Notes under the pieces: model-generated | The model's database searches: none | What the model saw: only the letters and a program-made list of their open reading frames with translations | What the model was told of the DNA's origin: nothing | Position numbers and translations under genes: made by a program | Part shown: positions 24,374 through 37,500 of the stretch, piece after piece | Layout: each line of letters starts with the position of its first letter | Numbering within the stretch: the stretch's first letter is position 1 | From: Eledone cirrhosa | Lineage: Eukaryota | Assembly (NCBI GenBank): GCA_964016885.1 | Contig: OZ024743.1 | Location: forward strand, 355,756,001 to 355,820,000 | Length of the DNA: 64,000 nucleotides | Direction: 5' to 3'

Positions 24374-26379
24374 AACGAAGGAAGTGTGGTAAGGAACCAG
24401 GTGGACCATAACGCACCAGAGCACTCAATACTTAGTGTAGTAGAGTGGGTAATAGGAAAATGTTCAAGACCCCGACGGCAGAGCTCAAGCCGTTTCGACG
24501 GCTATTTCTGGACTGAATTAGATTTTTAGCGTGGTAATAAATAGCCGAACTTTTCAAGGGGTAATTCCTTATATGGAAGATTGTAGTTGTCAAAAGGATT
24601 GGTCAAAATTTCTTGTAAACACAACTAAAACTTTCATGGCGGTGGGAGACAATTTCTTGGACGTTACCCTCAACCTCGAAAATGATCTATACAGGAAACC
24701 AAACGACAACCTTCACTACATCCACCGCTGCTCTAACCATCCTAGAAACATCACCAATAACCTGGTTTAAAACATCTCCCTCCCTCCACATATCTCGTTT
24801 GTCCACTAATGAGCAGATATTCGATGAACATGCGCCTTATTACAACCAGGCCCTCAAGCGAAGCGGCTTTCGGAAGGAAATCTCCTTTTACCCAGCTTCC
24901 CTTAGAGGAACCAGCAGGCGACGCCGCCGCTCACGCCACGTAACATAGTTAAACCCTCCCCACAATGCCGAGGCTGTAACACCAATCGGGAAAATCTTCT
25001 TTAGGCTTCTCGAAAAACACTTCCCACCACAGCACCACTACCACAACATAATCAACAAAAACATTATCAAACTCTCCTACAGCACCACACCCAACTTCGC
25101 ACAAAACATCGTCTCCTCAAACAACAAGAAACTCAACTCTTATGGCAGAAACAACCTAGACATTAGTAGAGAGCTGACAAGGAGGTGTAACTGCCCTGAT
25201 AGATCTACGTGCCCCCTCAACAACAGATGCCGAGAACGTAACGTGATCTACCAATGCAACGTGAGGACGAAAAACTCCAATAGGATTAATCGCTTTATAG
25301 GATTAACCGCTTGTGACTTTAAGATCCGGCTCTACCAACACCGACTACGTTCAGAAACCCAGCCCGGCGACATGCCACTACACTTTCGGGCCACATCTGG
25401 GACCTCCAAGATAATAACATCACATACCATCTACTTGGAGCTTACTTTCTAGAGCTAACACCTACACAGGAAAACGCCGTCCGTGTAACTTATGCTCGGA
25501 GGAAACAATACAAATGCTGTTTACGAAGAACCCACGTCTAAATAAAAAAGACGAACTTGTAACCGCATGTAAACACCGATTGCGTAGGACTTACCTCGCC
25601 CTCGAACATCCTCATCACCCGGGTGGGTAGATAATGGCTGCAACATCCTTCTTTTCCCCACTTGCCGAACAAGATAGGGGAAACCCCAGCATACATAGGT
25701 AGATGTACTTCTTTTCTTTTTTCCCTTTATCGCTTCTTCTCACTTCCTTCCACTCCCTCTCCTCTTCCTTTTCCTTTTTTTCCCTTTCGCTTACCCTGAG
25801 GCATCCCATCGTGCTTTTGTAGCCTCAGTACCCCCACCCCCAGTAAATGCTATATAGCATTGGCCGAAAACGCAATACTAGCTAAAAATATAGCAGCTGT
25901 TTTAGACTCTAGTTTTTTTATTAATTTTTATTATTTAATTTTTTAATATTATTATTTTTATTTATTATCTTTTTATTTTTTAATCTCAATTTATTAACTT
26001 TTTAATTTTATAACTTCCCACTCTCAGATTCCTCCAGAATTCTTTTTTCGTCTGCCTTATAGCTAGCCTAATTTCTTACACACTCCTTAGAATTTGCTGT
26101 ATAGAATTCACTTTCAACGCTTGACCGGCTCCACCAACTCCCTCATTGTTCTACAGGCAAGTTTAGCCACCCCCACCACACACCCACCGCCATGAAAGTT
26201 TTAATTGTGATTAGAAGAAATGTTGACCAATCCTTTTGACAACTACAATCTTCCCATATAAGGAATTACCCCTTGAAAAGTTCGGCTATTTATTACCACG
26301 CTAAAAATTCTAATTCAGTCCAGAAATAGCCGTCGAAACGGCTTGAGCTCTGCCGTCGGGGTCTTGAACATTTTCCTAT
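24374..26379 (+). mobile_element. Second Naiad-like PLE, 5'-truncated and decayed, with inverted pLTRs
   Basis: Inverted arms 24452-24646 and 26183-26379. The coding remnant 24647-~25615 has NFLDVTLNL, SNHP, CNCPDRSTCPLNNRC, VIY..FIG..FKIR, CNLCSEE and ACKH, with stops and frameshifts. Confidence 0.9.
26268..26362 (+). ncRNA. Type I hammerhead ribozyme, U3-A8 core variant (inverted copy 24469-24562, minus strand)
   Basis: acccc-UUGAAAA-g..cggcuauuu...aaauagccg.c-GAAA-CGGC...GCCG-UC-ggggu. 5-bp stem I, 9-bp stem II, GUC triplet. Confidence 0.8.
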
Positions 26380-26392
26380 GAATATATATATG

Positions 26393-26465
<73 letters not shown>

Positions 26466-26594
26466 TATATATATAATATATATATATACATATAAATATA
26501 TAAATATATATATATATGCGTATATATATATATATATATATATAAACATTTATATACATATATGTGTGTGTATATATATATGTGTATATATATA

Positions 26595-26637
<43 letters not shown>

Positions 26638-26682
26638 ATATATAAATATAAATATGTATATATATTTATATATGTATGTATA

Positions 26683-26812
<130 letters not shown>

Positions 26813-27606
26813 CATATATATACACACACACATTCACACGCACTCACACACGCAAACACATAGCATATTATGTCTGATAATTAGCAGGGCAACAGATGGC
26901 GTTGTGCTTGCTTTGACGGTTTTTTTATACCTTTTTGATATATGGCTGATTGCTATTGGTGTTTAGTTGTTATTGATATTGGTGGTGGTTGCGGTGTGAT
27001 TGTGAAGAGGTGGTGGTGGAGGTGGTGGTGGTGGTGTTACGGGGGAAATGGTGTTGTTGTTGGTGATGGTGATGGTAGTATGACGGGTGTGTTGGTGTCG
27101 AGATGATGGAAGTAGATTCTGGTGATGGGTAGAGCCAAGGTGAACTCGTGCACAACACAACAGTTGCTGCTCTTTTGTACATCCTATTTATGGTGTGTAT
27201 CACAACACAGTGGAGCAATGCAAGTTTGCAGCTGTTTATATATATATGTGCATGAGAACACAGACACATAGCACTTCATACATACATACATATATATACA
27301 TGCATGCATACATATATAGCTACATGCTTTCATGCATACATACAAACATACATAGTACATACATACATACATACATACATACATACATACATACATACAT
27401 ACATACATACATACATAGTACATACATACATACATTCATACATACATTCATACATACATAGATACATACATACATACATACATTCATACATACATTCATA
27501 CATACATACATACATACATACATACATACATACATACATACATACACACATTCATACACACATACATACATACATAGATACATAGTACATACATACATAC
27601 ATACAT

Positions 27607-28215
27607 GGTGGCTGCCAACTCGTTTTCGAGTACGGCCACTACTTTATATCCATGTAGGAGAACCCCTACTGATGCGCTGAACGAGTGTGACTTTTTAGTC
27701 CAGCCAGCGACTTGAAAGCTCTGGTACAAACACTACACTTGTGACAATTATTGACACATAGTGCTGGGCCCATGGTACCATGTGACGACAAATGCAGAGA
27801 GATCTCCAGATATAAAGCAATGCCTGTGCCGTGAAGCTTTTATAGTGAGCAAAGGCACTGCACAAAGCCAGTCCCACTCTCTTAACCAAGATGATATTTA
27901 CCAAAAAGAAGAACAAGTCAACATCATTGGATACCATCAGGGTTGCAGGTGTTATATCAGAGTTTTCCTTCTCCTAGAATTCTGCCTTGACAAAGGCTAA
28001 GGGGTCATCTCTCCCGGTGATTTTGGATGGCCATTGACTCTTAAGAGCTCCTTTGCCTTTTGACAGGTTTTGTTTTTAGTCCTGCAGGATGTCCAAAGTC
28101 ACCCTCCTCACCAAGAAACCTTGGTGGGGTTGCCAGTTTAGTCGCCAACGACCCGACCATGGGACAGGTTGTACTGGAATACATGTTACCAGTAGCACCA
28201 ACTGGTGACCTGACA
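27607..28215 (-). mobile_element. Non-coding element resembling an RTE 5' UTR, bounded by (CATA)n; second copy at about 28770-29302
   Basis: The two copies share ggtcgggtcgttggcgactaaactggcaacccc and ctag(g/a)agaagg blocks, which I recall from RTE 5' UTRs. No ORF. Confidence 0.55.
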
Positions 28216-28322
28216 TAAATACATACATACATACATACATACATACATACATACATAGTACATACATACATACATTCATACATACATTCATACATACATA
28301 CATACATACATACATACATACA

Positions 28323-28353
<31 letters not shown>

Positions 28354-29949
28354 CGGAAGTCTATCTGTTCCGACAACGAGTGTTCCAATTGTTTGATCAT
28401 CGGAACAGCTTGCTCGTAAAATTAACGTACAAGTGACTCAGCCTTCCACAGGCACGTGTACATTTAACGTAGTTCTCAGGAAGATTCAATGTGACACAAG
28501 GAATAACAAATCTGACGCTTTGACTCATACAGGTACAAACTCTATTTTTTCCACCTGTTATGATTGGTACAAAGTGAACTAAAATGTATCTCTCAATGAC
28601 ACAACTCACGATTTTAAGGTCGTGAGTTCAATTCCCGGCGACGAATTGTTTCCTTGATCAAGACATGGAATAACATGTTTGTTTAAGGATGGGAGGCGCA
28701 TTAGAGAACACCATAACCATTAAGTAACACTTTCACACACAAACACACACACACACACACATATGCATGATGGCTGCCCCCCTCGTTATCGATTATTGTC
28801 ATTGAACGATATAATATTATCGTGCGTGAAGATTTTTTTTAAGTGAGTAAAGACTGTGCACTGAGCCAATCCTTCTCTCTCTCTGAGCGACAGTAGCTAT
28901 AACACGAAAAGAAGAAAAGATCAACATCATCGATAACTACTGAGCCGCAGATTTTATGTCGAAGTTATCCCAGTTTCCTGGGGTGCCTTCTCCTAGAAGA
29001 ATGCCCTGACAAATACTAAGGGTCCTTCACTCCCAATGGTTTAACCGTGCGATCGAGTATCCAGCCCGATTATTTCTATGCATACACGTATATACATATT
29101 TATACATTATTAGAGGGTCGTTGATTCTTATGAGTTCTGCCGCCCTTTGTCAGGTCTTGTTTTTTGTCCTGTGGGGTATCCAAAATCACCCTCTTCACCA
29201 AGTAAATTTGGTGGGGTTGCCGGTTTAGTCACCGACGACCCGACCATGCGGTTGGTTGTACTGGGTTACATGTTACCAGTAGCACTCAAGAGTGACCCGA
29301 CATAACAGACACATACGCACACACATACACACACTAAAACAGACACGTCTAATTGCAACCATAAATATATGTATTCATGTGTATATGTATATATACAAGG
29401 TTTCTCGGTCTTTGAGGACCATTTGGACATGATCAAAGTATTTTTCTCACCAAAGAAAACCCAAAGCATTCCAAACTCTTTATGTTTCAACTTGCTGAAC
29501 AAGCGTTTTGTACCGATCAAATGGTTATTTTTTTGCCCCTGTAGATATGAATTGGCCACTCTGCATTATATATGGTTTGTATCAAAGGTACACATACATA
29601 GTTCTTCCGATAGTGTGCCCTCAGACCTTGAGCTTCTTAGTAATGGCACTAATTAACTTTCAGGGGGTTCTTATCGATAATATTATGCACCTGCCGTACA
29701 AATGTGTGTGTTCTGGTGGTATTAGAACACTTATCAAGTGTTTTATGTTTGGCTACTGTTATAGAATCGCCGACCGGCTCGCTGTAAACTTTGACAACAA
29801 ACGACTGTGCAACTTTCAGGAAGCAAACGATCTCTACATGACTCTGCTCTGTTTTTATTCGCTAAGTTAGATGATGTCTATCATCATTTATCAGAAACGA
29901 AATGATAATCAGAACCAGTTAGAAAAGAGCTATTAAAAGTCGTGTCCTA

Positions 29950-30380
29950 AAAGGAATGAGCAGCCCTGTATAGTCCGACAAAAACAGAACAATACAATAT
30001 ACATGGACAGTGAGGGTTTTCACTGAAATCGAGTAAAAAGAACAATAAACAAAAGAACTACAGCAATGAAAATTCCCCCAATATGAGGAAGGACCACATA
30101 GGGGTGACCTAGGAATTCTACAAATTCTAAACCACCCGACGCTCAAAGAGCACCCAGGAATGGCACTCTTCTCTACAATTCAGCCAGCGTCAAGATGCAT
30201 GCTCAGCGTAGACCCATTCCTCACGGGTCATTCTCGCAACATTCACCCACCTTTTAACAAATGTACTGGGGGGGGGGGGGGCAACCCTTCCCTCTCCACC
30301 CTCATCTTCCTTTCGAGCATGTTGAGACCATTCACCACCTGGCTTCAGGCTGCAACGTATTGCCCAGTAATATAAAACGA
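29950..30380 (-). pseudogene. Old Tx1-like 3' fragment
   Basis: FVKRWVNVARM matches the Tx1 ORF2 C-terminus (ERWVKVARM). Confidence 0.6.
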
Positions 30381-30464
30381 GGCATGATAGAGTGGGGCAA
30401 TACTTACACTGGGTAATGTGCAGGTTCTGTGGTCTGAAAACAGACGAAAATGGTAAAACCATCA

Positions 30465-30750
30465 CCCAGATGTAGTTACAGGAGGCAAGAATGTAACAAT
30501 CCCCTGGAATTTCCCTGTGAACACTGACCGAACTATCAAGGCTAACAGGCCTGATTTATATAGAACCATCGATAGTAAACATGTTTCTTAATTGACATGA
30601 GCATTCTATCGGATCGTAATATCTTCTCGAAAGTGTTTGGAAAGCTCAGTGAATATAGAGATCTATCAATTGAAATTGAAAAAAATGTAACATCTTAAGG
30701 CCTTTACATTACTGATGATAGTCGGTGCACATGGAATGATAAAAAAAGGG
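30465..30750 (+). pseudogene. R4/Dong-like restriction-like endonuclease fragment
   Basis: WNFPVNTDRTIKANRPDL..LIDMS..KLSEYRDL.IEIEKM, homologous to the C-terminus of the 41793-44888 ORF. Confidence 0.8.
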
Positions 30751-30799
30751 GAAATGCCAAGCGGAACAGTCTCCACTCCGTGTCAATGTCAACAGTTTG

Positions 30800-31190
30800 C
30801 TCAATGAGTTCTCAGTAGTATCTGGAAACCTGTTCCTGACTTCCTTATCTGCCAGCGCTTTCTATTTTTTCCTGTAAGTAGCTGGACTGCAAGTTTTGTT
30901 GACTTTCTTTGGCTTAAATTAGTCTCAGGCTGCAGAGACTTAGATGTTGATAAGTTGACAGCTCAGCTCCTCTATTAACATGAACATCCAGCACAGAACC
31001 GAAGTAATCAGAGACAATAACAAAATCAATTATTGATCTCTGACCCTGATTTCCCTTATACCATGTGTATTTATGGGTGTCTTTGTGCTGGAATAAGAGG
31101 TTCATAATAGAGAGATCCTTACTAGAACAGAAGCCCTGTCCATTCGTGTTTTGATCGGGAGCGCTGTTGCGTCCAATCACTCCTTTCCGC
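30800..31190 (-). pseudogene. RTE/Expander-like APE endonuclease fragment
   Basis: IGRN..PDQN.NG, FQHKDTHKYTW, SIIDFVIVS, RGAELST. Confidence 0.8.
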
Positions 31191-31490
31191 GCCTAGTTAG
31201 TGCCATGTTACTGGCTAGATATAGTCGGAGTTTCCTCAACAATGTTCGGTGGCTCTGGGACTATAGATTTGGATAGAGAATGGAAACTCAACTATTCCCG
31301 TGCGGCGCCAGAAAGGACTGCACAGCGGGAGTGGGGAAACTCTTGCAGCTTCGGTCTCTGTGTGTGGTATAACTTTATGCACCAAACAGAGAGCTCGAAT
31401 AAGATCCTTCCTTGATGAAATCACTGTAGCGTAAGATGTAGTTAAGACTGAATAGTATATTCTAATGGGACACACACACACACACACACA

Positions 31491-31575
<85 letters not shown>

Positions 31576-31587
31576 ATATATATAGAT

Positions 31588-31795
31588 GTGAGAAAAACCA
31601 CAGACCCTCCATCTCAACTCTACTTTTGAAAAGCAGAAGAACTGCGAAACCGGTAAAGGAACCAAATAAATATTTTTTTTTTTTTAAAATAAGACTCCAG
31701 TTGCATTTTCGATTTCATCTTTTTTTCTTTATACTTTCACTCGTGTAGGACACCTCGGTCATTTTCCATTTTGTAAAAAAATCTCACTTTCTAAT
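31588..31795 (-). mobile_element. About 200-bp 5' segment of a non-autonomous Helitron-like family (also 32910-33108, 51073-51272 inverted, 51273-51535)
   Basis: Near-identical to 50853-51048, which is part of an element with a Helitron-type CTAG 3' end. Confidence 0.65.
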
Positions 31796-31811
31796 ATATA
31801 TATATATATAT

Positions 31812-32905
31812 ATCAAAATGAAAATCCGAAGGCAGGGTAAAATTCCAATCATTTAATCACGACACACGACACATGTTTCAATAAGAGATAGATCGATTGT
31901 GAAGCCATGATCGATTATCACTGATCTCATCAGGTGAAAATGAATTGTCTTCAAATTCTTGATATGACAGAAAAATAACGATGTTCTCTCACAGAATTCA
32001 TACCCTTTTTTGGACGATTCGGATATGTATATACAATAACATACACTTGAAGATATGGATGTTACAATTCAATCTATACACGTATAGCAGAACACTGAAC
32101 TGAACTTACTTGCTTGTCTGTGTGGTGTGTATAGGGCGTTGGTTAACCCAATATTTCCAATTTACATTGTCAAATTGAGATTTGACCAATATAGCTTCTG
32201 TTGTTTTGTGAACTAACTTTCGGTGAGTGCTGTGTTAGTACATTCTTATATTTGTTTCCTTATATTTGTTTTTTCTCGGACATCGCTTCGGTGTGTGTGA
32301 GAGTGTGTGTGTACCCACCCACACTAACTCTACAGGTTTAATACTGTGTTGATGTGTGTATATATATGTATATATTTTTCTTTGACCTCGAGCCGGTGTA
32401 TGTGGGTGTGGAATGTGTGTGTACTCACTCACATTAACTGTGACTGACTGTATCCCTACAGATTTGATTGATGTCCAGCGTCTTTTGCAGCGATAGAAAT
32501 CTGAAAACTTTTATGACCTCAACTGAAGTTAATAGCAGTCGCCGTGTCTCTGACTGGTGTGTCTTCATATGAGGGAATGAATTCTGTGAGAGAACATCTT
32601 TATTTTTCTCTGTCATATCAAGAATTTGAAGACAATTCATTTTCACCTGATGAGATCAGTGATAATCGATCATGGCTTCACAATCGATCTATCTCTTATT
32701 GAAACATGTGTCGTGATTAAATGATTGGAATTTTACCTTGCCTTCGGATTTTCATTTTGATACTTATACTCCGTTTTACATCATCTAGCTGTTCCCTTGA
32801 ATGGAATTGGAGATATACAAAAGTGTGGAGAACTTAATATTGCTAACATAAAGTTATTGGACCATTTTACACAACCAATAATGCACCTTACTATATAACA
32901 ACTAT
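31812..32905 (+). mobile_element. ORF-less PLE-type fold-back element with HHR and tail
   Basis: Inverted arms 31812-32005 and 32573-32762, tail 32763-32905. Left end abuts (TA)n. Confidence 0.8.
32643..32716 (+). ncRNA. Hammerhead ribozyme (inverted copy 31865-31937, minus strand)
   Basis: ucac-CUGAUGA-gau...-GAAA-CAUGUG-UC-guga. Stem I is ucac/guga and the triplet is GUC. Confidence 0.75.
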
Positions 32906-33103
32906 ATATATGCGAGAAAAACCACAAACCCTCCATTTCAACTCTACTTTTGAAATGCACAAGAACTGCGAAGCCGGTAAAGGAACCAAATAAATATTTT
33001 TTAAAAGACTCCAGTTGCATTTTCGATTTCATCTTTTTTCCTTATACTTTCACTCGTGTAGGACATCTCGTTTTTTTTCATTTTGTAAAAAAAACCTCAT
33101 TTG

Positions 33104-33191
<88 letters not shown>

Positions 33192-33230
33192 TAAAAAAAT
33201 AATGAATAAAACAATGAAACAGTAATAATT

Positions 33231-33377
33231 ATTATTTCTGAAGACGGCATATGTATGTGTTGGTATGTATATTATATTTGATAATTTGTATAATTTTGTA
33301 TAATTTTGTACATAGATCTGTTGAATATGCATACCAATTCTAACACATATATGTCCTAGAAACGATCGTTAAATAAT
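33231..33377 (+). ncRNA. Hammerhead ribozyme with long stem II
   Basis: auuauuu-CUGAAGA-cggcauauguauguguugg...cuaacacauauauguc-cua-GAAA-CGAUCG-UU-aaauaau. 7-bp stem I and palindromic stem III, inside IR 33184-33222/33403-33442. Confidence 0.8.
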
Positions 33378-33574
33378 GAACTTTTTTTGTTTAATATAAG
33401 GAACTGTTTCATTGTTTTATTCATTATTTTTGTAATATTTTATCTTGACTCTGTATTCCGTTTATCTTTCACCGAAAGTGATTTTTGAATGCATCTCTTC
33501 TTTCCATGATATCCGGATTATATTGAGTTCTTCATACGGATTGGACACAACCGTAAACTCTTGGTAGATTTATC

Positions 33575-33636
<62 letters not shown>

Positions 33637-33662
33637 AAATGAGGTTTTTTTACAAAATGAAA

Positions 33663-33726
<64 letters not shown>

Positions 33727-33797
33727 AGTGGCGAAACGCCCGTCACCTACCAATAAATGCAATGAAGCAGTAATCAATCGTCCTTATTATCCTTTCA

Positions 33798-33844
<47 letters not shown>

Positions 33845-33990
33845 TATATACATTCGCAGCCAATGGGAAAATTTACTAGTATGTAAATGTTTACAGACAT
33901 GCACACGCACGAAAATTCACACTGAATTTACGCACTTAAATTCTCCATGCTCTCTCTATCTCTCACTCTCTCCCTTCTCTCTCTCTCGCT

Positions 33991-34190
33991 NNNNNNNNNN
34001 NNNNNNNNNNNNNNNNNNNNNNNNNNNNNNNNNNNNNNNNNNNNNNNNNNNNNNNNNNNNNNNNNNNNNNNNNNNNNNNNNNNNNNNNNNNNNNNNNNNN
34101 NNNNNNNNNNNNNNNNNNNNNNNNNNNNNNNNNNNNNNNNNNNNNNNNNNNNNNNNNNNNNNNNNNNNNNNNNNNNNNNNNNNNNNNNNN
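33991..34190. other. Assembly gap (200 N)
   Basis: Run of N. Confidence 1.
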
Positions 34191-34225
34191 GAAATATATG
34201 TACTGATCTATGTATATATATGTAT

Positions 34226-34358
<133 letters not shown>

Positions 34359-34427
34359 TGTGTGTATATATATATATATATATACATATAGATATGTGTA
34401 TATATATATATATATGTATAGATATTG

Positions 34428-34486
<59 letters not shown>

Positions 34487-34532
34487 CATATAGATATCTG
34501 TATATATATATATATATATATACATATAGATA

Positions 34533-34594
<62 letters not shown>

Positions 34595-34608
34595 CATACA
34601 TATAGATA

Positions 34609-34646
<38 letters not shown>

Positions 34647-34653
34647 GATATCT

Positions 34654-34765
<112 letters not shown>

Positions 34766-35443
34766 ACACAGTAGTGTGCACCTGTGTATGTAAGATATAT
34801 TTATCTGATTCATTTTCAAATCGTTAGAGCGATGATTTAAATGTCTTGTAGTATCAAATTAAGCCCCTTTGACTTCTGTGATCAAATTTCACATGGAGTT
34901 ACCTTTGTCTTTCATAAGTCAAGGGAGGTGAGGGAGGTATAATAAAATACTAGTCATGTATTGGTGTCGATGTAATTAGATGTTCTTCTCCAACACAAAC
35001 GTGGCCGTATTCATCTATATACAAAACAACTATAGATGGTAGAGCACTGGACAAACTACTGAGTTTTGGACATATACGTTCTAAGATCAAATCCTACCAT
35101 TGTTGATGCTTGCTTTTATATTATCAGACACAACATAATAAATGTCAGTGCAATACTACAACTGAGATTTAACAATTGACTATAACCTCCTTTACAATTT
35201 TCTTGACCTTTTGCCTATATTTTTTTTCACCAACATTCGTCTCGCTGTTGTATGAAATCGTACCAGAACTCCGGTTTGTCTTGGAGGCCCAGAAAACGGT
35301 CATGGGTCTTACCCTTCCCTCTTTCGCTAAAATGTTTTGTTTTGTTTGTTTGTTGTTGTTTTTTTAACGCTATTCGTTCCGGTTCTCTCAGGTCAAATCC
35401 GGCTGGGGTCAACAAATATAATACTAATCCAATTTCGGGATCG

Positions 35444-35515
<72 letters not shown>

Positions 35516-36009
35516 TCTCTCTCTCTCTCTCTCCCTCTATCTCTCTCTCTCTGTTCAGACTAAGAGAGGGATATGCTCCGCTAGATTTAAATTTCCAAAC
35601 ACATCGTATATAACGACGCCACTACTATGACTCAATCTGGAGTTAAGGGCCCAGGCATCTATTCATTCATATATATACATATATATATATATATTATTTT
35701 GTGCGTGTGTGTATGCGTGTATGTGTGTGTGCGCGTATGTACGTGCGTGTGTATGTGTGTATGCGTGTGTGTGTATGCGTGTATGTGTGTGTGCGCGTAT
35801 GTGCGTGCGTGTGTATGTGTGTGTGTGTGTGTATGCGTGTCTGTGTGTGTTTGTTTGTCTGTCTATGTCTATGTGCATGACACCTTAAAAATACATCTAC
35901 ATATATTTTTCCCATATGTTTGTCTGATGAAGGCTAGTCCTTATGACGTAGGTTGCAGCGAGTATAAACAGAAATATGCATTACGGGGAGAAAATAATAT
36001 AGAAAATAA

Positions 36010-37500
36010 ACATCCTGTCTTCGATTTAATTCATGATGTTCCTGTTCACTGTGTCGAAGGCCTTTACCGGGTCCACAAAGATGATGTGCAGTTCTTGGTG
36101 TTATACACAGCACTTTTCACAAAGCTGACGTAAGGCGAACATCATATCGTTGGTGGATCTGTTTCCCCTGAACCTGCACTGTGCTCTGAAAAATATTTCT
36201 CAGTAGCCGACCAGATTTGATTCAGGATAATCTTCGCGATGAGTTGGCCTGTGATGGCTAATAGAGAGATACCTTGGTGGTTCCCACAAGTGAAGCAACA
36301 ATTCAATTTATAAAGGGTAATAATGTCTCCATCCTTGAAATCTTGTTACACTCGTTTTTCCTGTCAAATTGAATGAGGAATTTTCAGCAGTTCTTCTTCG
36401 AGATCATGGCCACCCGCATTCAGGACTTCTGGTGGGATGCCGTCTCGTGCAGAAGCTTTGTTGTATGGAAGTTGTTTAAGATCTTTTGAGAGTCCCATGG
36501 TTATTGGTACATTTTCCAGTTCTGCTAGAACCTACTCCTGGGGAATATCTTCAAGTACAATCGGGTTGGTGTAGTTTGGCTGGTTTAGCAGCCTGCTGAA
36601 ATGTTCCTTCCAACGCTTAAGAACGTCTTCTTTCTCTGTGAGCCTGTTGCCAGCTGAATCATTGATGGGTGCTAGCCTTGATGATTAACACTGCGTGACA
36701 AATTTTACAGCTTCGAAGAAATTCTTTGGATCATGGTGTTCTGCATATCGTTCAATTTCAGGTGCACGGTCAAGCCATCACTGGTTCAGTATACGATGCA
36801 GCTCAATTGACATTTGTTGCTAGAGGTTCTGTATCGTTGGTGGTTTTGAAGAGAATCCTCTCTATGAATTGCCTGGAATCTGTCACGTTTTTGTTTTAAT
36901 AGGTCAGTAATGGTGAGGTTGTTCTTATCAAACCAGTCTTTGTGACAACTCTTTTGCAAGCCAAAACATGGTGGTTTTATACAGAACATCTCTTAAAAAC
37001 TGCTAATGTTGACACAGTGTCGTGGTTTGGACTTGGTTCAAATTGGTGGAGATATTCTGGTGGATTTGCTCCCTTATTTCTGGAACGTTCAGGTGATTGG
37101 TGTTAAGTCGTTTAGGACCAGTGTTGGGTCTCTTTTGGACAGACTTGTGGAGGTGTATAGCGCAAATCATTTGATAGTCAATCCAGTAATTAGCACTGCA
37201 TCGAGAGTCCAACAGGTCAGTTTTGCAGTGCTGCCGCACAATAATGAAATCTATCTGATGCTACCTTTGCGATCTGGGTTGCTTCCATGTGCCCTTATAT
37301 ATGTTAAGATGGCAGTATATCGTATTGGAGATGGGAAGACCAAAGCGGGTACAGAGTTCAAGTAGCAGTAATCCTTGTTCGTTCGTGCCTCCTGGGCCAT
37401 CACGACCAATGACATCAGGCCAGGCTGTATTGTCTACACCAATCCCGACACTGAAGTTCCCAGGCAGAAACAACCGGTCACCCTTAGGAACTGCTGACAA
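36010..37500 (-). pseudogene. RTE-BovB-like LINE fragment (APE C-terminus to RT N-terminus), decayed
   Basis: NEQGLLLLELC, TWKQPRS, HKDWFD.N, KEDVLKRWKEHFS, DGIPPEV, GISLL, FVD..KAFDTVNR in broken frames. Confidence 0.85.

Noticed and set aside
35919-35987. CUGAUGA...GAAAUAUGCAUU hammerhead candidate
   Set aside because: No clear stem II, and stem I is mostly G-U. Probably a decayed PLE end but not supportable as a ribozyme.
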